Of a DNA stretch of 64,000 nt, positions 9,849-20,685 are shown in pieces. This DNA is from Phoronis australis (taxonomy: Eukaryota > Animalia > Phoronida). Each line of letters begins with the position of its first letter. The stretch's first letter is position 1. The notes under the pieces were generated by a model. The model was not told where the DNA came from, made no database searches, and saw only the letters and a program-made list of their open reading frames with translations. A program made the position numbers and the translations under genes. The stretch covers positions 1 through 64,000 of the forward strand of contig NMRA01000497.1 of the NCBI GenBank assembly GCA_002633005.1. Reading direction: 5' to 3'.

Positions 9849-12800
9849 TAGTCAGGATTGTTGCGTAATTTTGTTGAGTTTTTTGGAGGAAAGTGGAAAC
9901 CTCATGTAATAATAAATCAGAAAGTAAGTGATGCCTTTTTGGCGGCCATCTTGGCGGCCATCTTGGGCTTTCAAAAATCGCACCGGTAACATACATTTTG
10001 TTCAGTATCTCTGCTCTTGGGTCACTTAGAATGTTAGTTTTAATGGCTGCACCCACATTTTTGTAGGCAAGGAATCCGAAAATGCAACTTATTAATTGTA
10101 AAACGGAATCAAGAACCCGTTTATTAGCAGCCACATTTTGTAAATGCCTTCATCATGTATTCCAACACATATGCACACTATCATGTCAGACTTAAAAATG
10201 TTTGTGGTCTTACTACTTGCATATTTCGTTCCGATTTGTTTCCTTCAACACACTTAAATTCAACCACTACCTATACAACCTATTTACGTTTGCAGAACGT
10301 GAGAGTATCTTTATTGTAGTGTCAGTAGTCTTTCAAAACTTTGAAGTCAGTCTACAGATCATCCCTGTCGCCATCTCTGTCATCGTTAGCACCAGGGATG
10401 ACGGCATTATAAGAGTTTAACATTCTGACATTCTGGACAACACTAACATAGATGTGTGCAAGGTAGACCCTTTGATCGACGAGAGCATCGTTGGGAGGAA
10501 CAATATCTTTTGCATTGACATCTTACCATCTAAATGAAAGCACCTGGCACCAGAGCCTCTTAAGTTGTGAGATGTGTCAGTTGGTCGTCTTTGTCCTTGT
10601 AAAACCCATTCTCTGCAACGGTCAAGGAACTTCTGTCGATCAATGGCTACCGGTCCCCACACTCTGGCTTGAATAAGCATCCTCAGCACACGCTGTTCAA
10701 AGCCCCAATTGGTGGTGGAAGTTTGTCGCTGTAAGCCGTATATTTGCAGAAGAGATACAATCTCAACTCGGGGATACTATCTATGTCAATACCCTGTGGT
10801 GAGTATGCAGCGCATGTAAAACGGGCTTATGTGAACAAGAAGCAGTACAAAGAGTATGCAATGCAATGACAACATCACTGTCCGCCTCCAACTATATATT
10901 AAACCATGTTGTTTTGCCTATCCTGGAGAACCGACCAGTGTTGTCTGCCCCTGTAAAAGCATGGAAAGCCGGAAGAGGGTTTGTCTGGGCAGACCTAGTG
11001 CTGTTCATATTGGATTTATGTCCACAATCCCAGATGCCATTGAGACTGAAATATTTCTAAGAAGCCGGTCATACTAGGCAATGACGAGTACCAGAACATC
11101 TGTGTCAGGTGAAAAAAGTACCAGATGAGAATCATGGACGTTTTGATGGGATGCCCGCACTGCATGATGTATTACCAACGCATCTCCTTCTTCGTGGTTG
11201 TTTTCGTCAAAGCGTAGAGGACGCCAGTTGCTTATTGTAAATCTTGACTAATTGGAAGAGTCTGTAGACATATATGAAGAATCTCATTGGCATTGCTGGA
11301 AATACCGTTCAGTACAGAATTGGCCTTCACCATCCTCTCGAGGTGTTCACAAGCTTGGTCTGCACCAAATGACACAAATGGGATTTCGGTTTTGCTGAAT
11401 GAGATGCCTGTTCCAATTTCAGTCCACATGTAGTGTTTGGTTCTTATGTCTTGCATATCATCAATGTATGTAGGCCGGAGTCTTTTGTACTTGTTGCGAG
11501 CAAAAGCAAAGAAAATTTCGATCCTTGCATGAACAGCCTGAAGATGCAGAGTCAAATCAGCATTTCGAGATATTGCCACAAATACCATGATGGTTTGGAC
11601 TCGATGCAGATATTTCACAATGGACTTCAACATGGCATTGGCTGGTCATTTGGCTGTCCCGTTCTCTTAATGTTTCAAGGGTCTCGGCAATTGTCAACAA
11701 TTCCAGCAAATAGTGGGTAGTTTGCTTTGTGCTCTCGGCTTTTCTGGTTTTGTTCTTTTCTGAACAGGCTGTTGGTGCTGAATTTAGAGCCTCACAGCAA
11801 AAGGCCTCTAACTGGGTTTCCTTTAAAGAATTCCTCCAGGACTATCTCAAACAGTGCTGTATATGATTGCATGTAAATGTGGACTAGGAAAGTGCGCGCT
11901 TGTAGGGAGTGTACTTTAGGATCTGTCTAGTTGTTGCAGTGCCAAAGACGTTGGCTTCTACCCAGGCATTATCTATGTTGGAATACTTAATGAACTTCCC
12001 AAGAGCTATCTGTGTCGCCATTCTAGCATGCAATTCCCCAAATCTTGGGTTCACTGTTTGCTTTAGTTCAGGTCTGGTATCCACGAGCTGCACAACCCTC
12101 TGGTGTACACCCATGTCACATGAAATGACAGTTGGATGAGCTTCGCCAGCAACCATCCTCTTCAACTGTTTCGTCTGCATAACAACTATTAGCAGGATCG
12201 ACCAGTCATGGGCCACCTCTGGAAGTAGTGGTAACGCACCAAACTCTGTGAGAGACTGGCTTGTACAGATCAGTGAGTTGAAGCCTGTCCAGTATGTGAT
12301 CTTCCTGTTCTCTTCATTCCTTAGCCTGGTTACTGCCAACGTTACTAGCCGTACAAGGTGTGTCGGCTGATATGTGCCAGAGATTCCCTCTTGGCTACAA
12401 ATTCATGTGTTCTTTTGCTTGCTTGTGGTTTTGGATTGTCGCTACGGCCCCCTACGTATGTGGTACGGTGTGAAAGTGAGGTCCTTTGCTTCCATGATGG
12501 ATAAAGGTGGATTGTTTTTTCAATTCCTTGCCCCACAAATGGGGTAGAGCCATTAAAACTAACATTGTAGGAGACCCGATAAAATTGTATACATGTGAAA
12601 TAATTTATTGTGTATAAAGATGGTTTATTTACATATGTCATTGTAATCTTAACATCATTTTTTTAATTAATATATATTTGTGGATAATAACTGTATATGG
12701 TTTTCTTTGTATTTATTTAACCCATGTACAATTCTTCTTGGCGCTGTGTGGGCATGCATATTTATCGTACTGAAGATTTCATAATAAACATTAAAAAACC

Positions 12801-13087
12801 AAGAACAGAGATAATGAGCAAAATGTATTTTACGGGTGCCATTTTTGAAAATTCAAGACGTCTGCCAAAAAATTAGAGTGTTCCATTCTGGTGCCCAAGA
12901 AATGCTGGTGTATCCATAGAAAATAATATTCTAAGTGACCCAAGTACTGAGACATTGAGCAAAATGGCCGCCAAAAATAGAATCAATTACTTTCTGATTC
13001 GTCATTCCATGAGTTTTCCAAAAATGTTTCCACTTCCCCCAGAAAATTCCAATGAATGTCAAAATTTGGACATAGTGAACCTGACTG
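9849..13087 (-). mobile_element. Academ (XPG-nuclease type) DNA transposon, internally deleted and decayed
   Basis: Ends tagtcagg.../...cctgactg with long degenerate TIRs and a taa duplication on both sides (9846-9848, 13088-13090). Broken minus-strand peptides: VISCDMGVH...PRFGELH (transposase), HEEGDA...SPDTDVLVL...LPAFHAFTGAD (XPG-like nuclease), KLPPP, and VRCQCKRYCSSQRC...PCTHLC (Cys-rich finger). This is the established Academ domain order. Confidence 0.8.
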
Positions 13088-13099
13088 TAAGAAAGATCT

Positions 13100-15390
13100 A
13101 AGTCTTAAGACTAGTGGAGCAGATAAGTGAAAAGTCTAGTGGATGGTACAAAACCCAGACCTTGCCAACCACAACAGACTGTATCAGCTGTGCCCTTATG
13201 CTGGAGGCTGCTCTCTGCCCTTTTGCCACCACTTGAGGATTCCATTTTCTGCTGCTGATGATACCTGAATCTCTGATGACATAACAAATTTGTCTTTGGA
13301 ATCTCAGATTGTGAGAACTTCTCTTGCTTTTGACACCTTGAAGTCTTCAACCAAAGACCTTGGCGGAAGGGATACTGTCGTCCTACTATATAATCCAAGT
13401 GACGTGAAACTCATTGGTGCCTCCAACCATTTCCTGATAAGCTGGTTTGCCTCCAGTTCCATGTAGTCGACTGCTTATCTTTTACAAGCTCTCCCTGAAC
13501 GGGGTCACCGTGTCCGTTGCATTTGTGAAGTCGTTTAGGCTGCTTTCGTACACTTTACCCAGATATTTCACTAACTTCTCACCCAGGGTTGGTGCTGGCG
13601 CATTCTCCCTTTAATCAAAACCAGACTTCTTGGCGTCTGCACCTTGAACTTCATCCTGCCCCAAACAATTATCTCTTCTAGTTTCTTCAACACCCGTCCT
13701 GCTCCTACCACTGTTGATGTGGTTACTGTTAGGTCATCAACAAATGCACGGCACAAGGGAACTGAGGAGTCAGCCTTGCAGACGTTGCTGGCTCTCCGAA
13801 TAATGATGTTCATCGCAAGAACAAATAAACTGTGACTGAAAGGCGGCACCTGGTCAAGATCCTTTCTCCAAAGGCTTGAAATCTGTTGCAAAATCCATCG
13901 TAGAAAATTGAATCTGTGTACTGTTTAAATAGTCGTTGATGACCTTCTGAAATCATTCTAGAAAATGAAATGTCGCTTTCGCCTTTCTACTCATTGAATG
14001 TTACATGGAACCATAAGCACTCTCTAAATCTAAGCACACAGCTGCCCTAGTCCTACATGATTGCCTTTGTATTACCGATAAGCTCTGTTAGAACAGGTAA
14101 CTCGACTGTCCTGTTACTGTATGTACTGCATGGTCAATTTATCCGTCCCCCGGGGCGTACTTGACATTTTTTGATGCAATCACTGTGAAGAACATTTTGT
14201 ACTGCACATCAAGCAGGGAAATTGTCCTGTACATGTAAATGTAGTCTTTTATAGCTTTGCATCTTTGCTCTTTGGAGTGTAACAACCCTTAGCCTCGCCC
14301 CAGTGATCATCAAGTGGCTTCAATCTTTAGACTCCTCTCATTAGCTTCCATAATAGTCTTAATAGCCCCGGACACTTCTTGTATACGATGTAACTAGACT
14401 CGGACGGAATCGGCTTTGGCCTCCATGACGACACTCTTTACCTTAAAGAACATATTATGTCCAACGTCAAACTGAAGTTCAGGTGGAATTTCCCCATCCA
14501 TCCAATTGAACTCCTCTAGATTGTCAAGCCGGTTCGCGTCGCTATGAATCTCCACCAGATGATCTTCTAGTTCGACTTCACTGTATGATAACCGCCCACT
14601 TGTTTCCTGGTTCATCTTCAGTTCTGCCACTTGGAGAATCCTCGGTTTTGTAACTCATAGCAAAGAATAATTTGTTTTCCCATGGAGAACTCGGTATTGG
14701 GCTGCTAACACTTCCAGCCCGTCAGTCTTTCCCTGACATTCGCCCCTCCAAGTGTCACTCGTCTCCCCGAGTTGTCCTCTGGCCTTTCCCAGAAGTTACT
14801 GGACTTCTCCAATCGTTAAACTAACTTTAAACAGATGTTGTTTCTCTGCTCCCCCGTCAATCATCAACAAGATGACGTCTCTGCAACATGTTTAACATGA
14901 ACGCGCACCAAGGCTAGCCCCCACCCCCAAAGTTGACCGGGCTCCGGTTTATCGTGGAGTTTGCCAATGTTTGGTCTTCTGCAACCACAACCATGATGAT
15001 GCTGATTCCGTTTTGGCTACTACTGACTTCATTATGGGTTCCTTGGATTAGTTGAAATTTTCAGCATCCTTGACATAATCCACCTTACCCTACTGCCTCA
15101 ACCGTTAAACAGAAGCAGCTCCATCCACTTCTTGAAAACTCATGGCTCAGATCTATGCTCTTGAAAGCTTTCCTCTCCTGGGCTTTCCGTATCCTTATTT
15201 CCCAGTACAAAGTTAATCCCACAAATACTACCACCATATCTCTCCTTCCCGTTTGTCGCCTTACGTCTAGTGGATGGTAGAAAACTCACACCTTGTCAAC
15301 CATAAGAGACTGTACCAACTATGTCTTTATTCTGGACACGGCTATCTGCGTTGTTAACCACCTAGGGATTCCACTTCTGCCTGCCCATAC
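13100..15390 (-). mobile_element. HERO-like (RLE-clade) non-LTR retrotransposon fragments, two partial copies in tandem
   Basis: LFVLAMNIIIRRA...RAFVDDLTVTT...LEEIIVWGRMKFK...RSLVLIKG (RT) at 13571-13891. The AESSLQHKG...GWQGLG motif occurs at about 13150-13220 and again at about 15270-15360. RLE-like segment LTLYWEIRIRKAQERK...SGWSCFCLTVE at about 15090-15230. Confidence 0.75.
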
Positions 15391-15399
15391 CTGGATCTC

Positions 15400-16230
15400 T
15401 TGATAAATCTATCTCTAGAGTCTCACAATTTACAGTTCGGCTTTCAACATCCTATTTCGTACAAACTTGGTGTAATTCGTCTCTTGTATCACCGTGCGGA
15501 CCTGACTGTCTCTGACGACAATGACAGGACATTAGAAAAACACAGACTTCGTAACTCTTTGGAAATGTGCGGATACCCACGTTTGGTCTTTGGCAAGGCT
15601 ACCCGTAGAACAGCAAGATTGGGAATTAACAACATTGACGTTCCTCACCCAGATCAACCATGGGCAAGGATATATATTTCATATGTGGAATAGACTTTCT
15701 GAACAATTGCCATCGGTTTTCAGGAATTTGTTATTGCCACCTCTTTCAAACCTGTTGGCACTTCGAGACTAAAACTCGTGCACTCTAAGGACAAACAACC
15801 TAGGGAAAGGATAGCTAATGTGGTCTATGGAATACAGTGTGGAGAGTGCCCTGAAACTTGTGTAGGTGAAACTAAGCAGTCCTTGAATGCACGGTTGTGC
15901 CAGCTTCGTCTCCTAACTACGGTGACACGTGACTCTGCCGTGTTTATTCATTGTTAGGGATCTGGTTACAGCTTTGACTTCGACAATGTACTAATCAGCG
16001 ACAAGGGGAGCTATTGGTTTGAATGAGGAGTCAATGAGGGTATTCATGAAAGAATTGAAGTCCGAACAGGAGGCTGGAGATTCAGTCTGTCACACACCCG
16101 TGACAGGATTCAGGCTCAAGTTTCCAGCCGACTTTCCCAACTCCGACCTAATCCTCCAGAGGTTACACAGTCTCGAAAACCCAGCAGAGCCTGTCGAATC
16201 GTTGCCTTTTCGTCTGACGTTTAGGAATAA
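15400..16230 (+). mobile_element. Penelope-like retroelement remnant, 3' part (thumb + GIY-YIG)
   Basis: HPISYKLGVIRLLYHRA...GYPRLVFGKA...ISYVE; KLVHSKDKQ...NVVYGIQCGECPETCVGETKQSLNARL (GIY-YIG); 3' tail homologous to the 7310-7450 minus copy. Confidence 0.85.
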
Positions 16231-18497
16231 CTCATATTTTTTGTATTAAGTTTCCCTAACACAGCCTTTACTTATTATTTCTCTTTTTGATTTATCACTT
16301 AAGTTATCATTTAGTTTAGCTATTTCGTTTGAAATATACTCCCGTTTTTACTGGACCTTTGTTGTCGAGTTTATTTGCGAAACCGTCGGACGTAAAACTG
16401 GTAAAGCAATGTTCTTGTTTCGTTCACGGTACAAAAGCAAGTGTCCAACACTGAGCCCAGTTTAAGGCATTTGAAGAAACGTAAATATCTGTAACAAAAT
16501 AACGCTTTGTAAACCCTCAACAACCCTTAAACATTAAAGTCAGTTTCACAGTTTGCTAAATTGACATGCATGACTGACGTTTTTATTCCCTCACACAAAA
16601 TTTCCAGGCGTTATGGTGAACCCGTGGCGACTGTCGGCATGGGCACAGAGCCCGGATATTCGAGGAAACAAATTAGCAGCAAAACAGGTAGAAAAGAAAC
16701 AAGTTATTGTCAACTACCTTTGGGGGATTTGCCCAGGGTTTATTTCTGAGGCAGTCTGTATCGTCTAACACGCGGTTAAAAAAGTGCTTTCAAGTCCGAG
16801 GAAACCTTTATGCACAGACAACAAACTTGTTAAACTTTTCAAAATACGAAATTATCTACTTGTAGATAAGAAATTATCTTTTACTGAATCTATAACTATT
16901 TATCCAGGAACTCTTCAGTCTGAAGAAAGGGAAAATGTTGTCGTCTGCCGCTTTTTCCGTTTTTGAAATTCAATCAATCTATTTCTGTAATAAAGGCCAT
17001 AAGCCCACTGTACAGAAGAACAATATGTAACTTAGGGCCTACTTGGGAGTGCAGCAAGCTATCACGGAGTCAAAAGCATAACTGCATATTTATATACGTT
17101 AAATAATTTAGCATTATCACTTGTTGACATCAATCTATTGAACTTAAGAAAAGACACAACTTCGAAAATTCTTTTTCAAATTTGTATGCTTTGATTTTGC
17201 TTGACAAACACGGCTATTTTGAAGGTTTTCATTGAAGCCATTTGTGGCCTAATTTGGAACTTTGTGGCAGCCATATTGCTCCTTTCCAAAAATGGACCGT
17301 CTAATAATTCATTCAGTCGCTCCTAACCTGTTCATAACCTAATATAAAAAAATTGCCTCTTCCGTACTTTTTGCGTACAAAGCTTTAGACGAATCGCCCT
17401 TGGTCCTACTTTTATGGGGAAATTTTCCGAATAAACGCCCCACTATCTGGACACTTGACACCAGGAGTTGTAACACCAAGTAAACGCCCATGGACGTTTC
17501 ATCGGGTGAACTTATCTGCGGAAAATCCCGGTAATTGCCATTCTGTGAAAACTACACTGATCATTATTGCTTATTACAAAAAATTATATACATGAGATAT
17601 AACTGGCATGAGTTCTTCGTCTATATGATAGATGCCGTCGATGTTTGTCTACATAGAGATTGTAGACGGGACTAGAAGCCGAATCTGCCTTGCGTTCGTT
17701 TTTTGATTTTCGTTGTGAGAGCCAGTGACAAAGGAAAAAAGACACCCACGGGGGCTATGGCCCTCTCTTCAGTACAAAAAATCGTTAACTCGGTCAACAC
17801 TCATTGTAATTTTTCATTCATACTGTAATGTCCCCGCAGGCTGCTACGAATTTTAATCTCTACCGGTCGCCAGAAATTTCGTATTTGCATCCCTGGGTCG
17901 AAAAACAATTCACGAAAGACATTTTTACAAATGAATCAATTCATGACATACATTAGGTCAACAAAGTACGACACCAGCAATGGTCTGGATTTCAAACATA
18001 CCAAGTGACTGCCTCTGTGGTTTAGCAAGGGGGGGAGGTCAGGTGTCCCTGGGCGCCTGCCGAAGGGGTTTGCCAAACGTGTTTCAGGGAGGGGCGCCAG
18101 TTTCACTACCGACTAGGGGGTGGAGTGGCGGATGCCACTTGAGGTGTCGACGGGAAGGGAAGGGGAGTAAAGGGCTGGTGCTCGCTACGCCACTGGACTG
18201 ACTGATATTTCAGGGCCCGGTCTCCAATCTTTTTACTCGTAATGAAACTCGAAATTAGGTTTTGCCATTTTCTACTCTATTTTTGGGCGGACTCAAGATA
18301 AGTGTCTATTATTCTATGCTCGAGTACTCAATAACTTACGTAGATAATTTATTGCCCTTAGTTCACAGTTTGTAAACCCAATATTAAAGCAATAAGTTCG
18401 AGTTTGAACTCGAAATTTCGAGTGTTTACTCGAGTTTGTAGCATGAATATAAGGGTCTTCAAAGGCAAACTTGAACTAGAAACTCCTATGCATAAAC

Positions 18498-19108
18498 CAG
18501 TGGCGGATCTAGGATATCACAAGGGGGGGCCAACATTTTGCCCGGCTGTAAGCATTTGCGCAAACTGAACCACGATTGTAGATGCGCATAGCACCGAATG
18601 GGNNNNNNNNNNNNNNNNNNNNNNNNNNNNNNNNNNNNNNNNNNNNNNNNNNNNNNNNNNNNNNNNNNNNNNNNNNNNNNNNNNNNNNNNNNNNNNNNNN
18701 NNNNNNNNNNNNNNNNNNNNNNNNNNNNNNNNNNNNNNNNNNNNNNNNNNNNNNNNNNNNNNNNNNNNNNNNNNNNNNNNNNNNNNNNNNNNNNNNNNNN
18801 NNNNNNNNNNNNNNNNNNNNNNNNNNNNNNNNNNNNNNNNNNNNNNNNNNNNNNNNNNNNNNNNNNNNNNNNNNNNNNNNNNNNNNNNNNNNNNNNNNNN
18901 NNNNNNNNNNNNNNNNNNNNNNNNNNNNNNNNNNNNNNNNNNNNNNNNNNNNNNNNNNNNNNNNNNNNNNNNNNNNNNNNNNNNNNNNNNNNNNNNNNNN
19001 NNNNNNNNNNNNNNNNNNNNNNNNNNNNNNNNNNNNNNNNNNNNNNNNNNNNNNNNNNNNNNNNNNNNNNNNGGCCCCGTGCCCCCCCCCCCCCCTTAAT
19101 CCGCCTAT
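18498..19108. mobile_element. CAGTGGCGGATC-type MITE spanning the assembly gap
   Basis: cagtggcggatctaggat left end and ccccccttaatccgccta right end around the N-run. Confidence 0.55.
18603..19072. other. Assembly gap (470 N)
   Basis: Run of n; single-N joins also occur at 8846, 25126, 59438 and 63114. Confidence 1.
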
Positions 19109-20350
19109 TCCTCCCACACAAAAAAATTACAGGTGTCGGGGTTAAACCGTGGAAACCAACAGAGGCGTGGGGCCGGGAACAGTCGAGAAAATAAAGACTG
19201 CGAATGTGGATGAGAAATGAGAAAATTCAAGCATTCATGTGACAACTCAGTATCAGTGCAGGCCGGGGTCCACCCTAAATGTAGTCCGAGCATAGATTTT
19301 GACAAATTAGTTGGTTGTTGATTGCATTCTCATTCAAACTCACGAGCATACGAAAGGGGTGCGTATCTTCATTTTCCATTTTGCGCTGTTTTAAACGTGA
19401 TTAGTAACTCGATGAAAAATATCAGTCGAAAAACCTCTACAATCTCACTTATTTTTTTCTTATCAAGTGCTAGACCTGGGTGAATGATAATGTTCATTGT
19501 CTACCGTCACGTGGCACGTGTGTAGATGTTGACACGTCTTTGGATGCCTTGTATACATGTACTAGACACTGCGTCATAACACGCTCATTCGGCACAATAG
19601 TTATCATACCCTCTGACACAGCGCCACCTATACTGCACTGTGATAGAGTGTATAGTTTTCATGCAGCATTTTCCGAACGACGTTACGTGAAGTAATGTAC
19701 CTGATAACGTCACACGGAAATACACGAACTTCTTATCGAATGAGCGTGCTGCGTACATGTAAGTATGGCAACGTGAAATTGGAAATAACAATGACAATAC
19801 CGCAATTGCTTCGCAGAAAGTTATGGAACTAAGATTATGATGACGTCACGTTTTTATAAACAGATGTTATTTAAGAGCTTTCTTCTCAACATAAATATTA
19901 TTCTAAATAAACTGCCAAAAATGGCTTAATATACAAAATATTGCTACTTTGCTATAACAAACACGTGAGTATGGAGACTCACTCATAAAAGCGCCTAAAG
20001 CAAAATTCACAAAGCCAAAACTAGATGCTGTACTAAGTATATCCAAAAATATTCAGCATCAAAATTAATTGAACAAAAATCGTGCTACAAGATTGTCTTC
20101 TTCACCAATGTTATGAGGACATCGTCCTATTAACGATTAGTCGACACGGAATATTTAACAAATTCGGTAAGCTGTTTGTGATCAAATTATTTGCGTTGCT
20201 TGACAACTTTCACAAATATGCATCACTTCTCGAGCACGAATGTATACCTATTTTTCTACATATATGCACTATCAACATAAAGAACATCAAATTTTCCATT
20301 CGTATAAACGTAAGCAGGCTCCACAATCCCTCAAACAAAATACACTACCT

Positions 20351-20523
20351 GTAGACGCTAGGACCTACGCTAGGACCTAGCCAAAAGCTAGTCAAGGTCA
20401 CGTGCTCTTATTTAAAATACACGACAATATCTCGCGTAATCTCGCAAAGTCTTGTTTTTAAGCTAGGTCCTAGCGTTACCAGAGACCGTAGAGCGTCTTT
20501 GGCGTTACTGAACGGGAGGCTGG
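20351..20523. repeat. Dispersed short repeat, copy 2, in the presumptive 3' UTR of the NWD-like gene
   Basis: Near-identical to 227-370 plus a short extra internal segment; lies about 160 bp past the NWD stop codon. Confidence 0.85.
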
Positions 20524-20685
20524 ATTGTGTAGTGCGAGCCTGCCAATAATTAGAATGCATGGAAGCCACGTGCTCGACAATATCACATGTAAATTGACTA
20601 GCCGACAAATTTACTACTAGTTCATATGGAATGACTGTGTTTAAAGTGTAGACCTAGTTACTAATAGGATTGTTGAGAGATGGAA

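Noticed and set aside
18486-19194. Four about 200-aa ORFs in the track
   Set aside because: They are poly-X translations of the N gap.
227-20523. Direct repeats at 227-370 and 20351-20523 as LTRs or ends of a 20-kb composite element
   Set aside because: No TG...CA ends, PBS, shared TSD or gag-pol; the interior is a host gene plus unrelated transposons.
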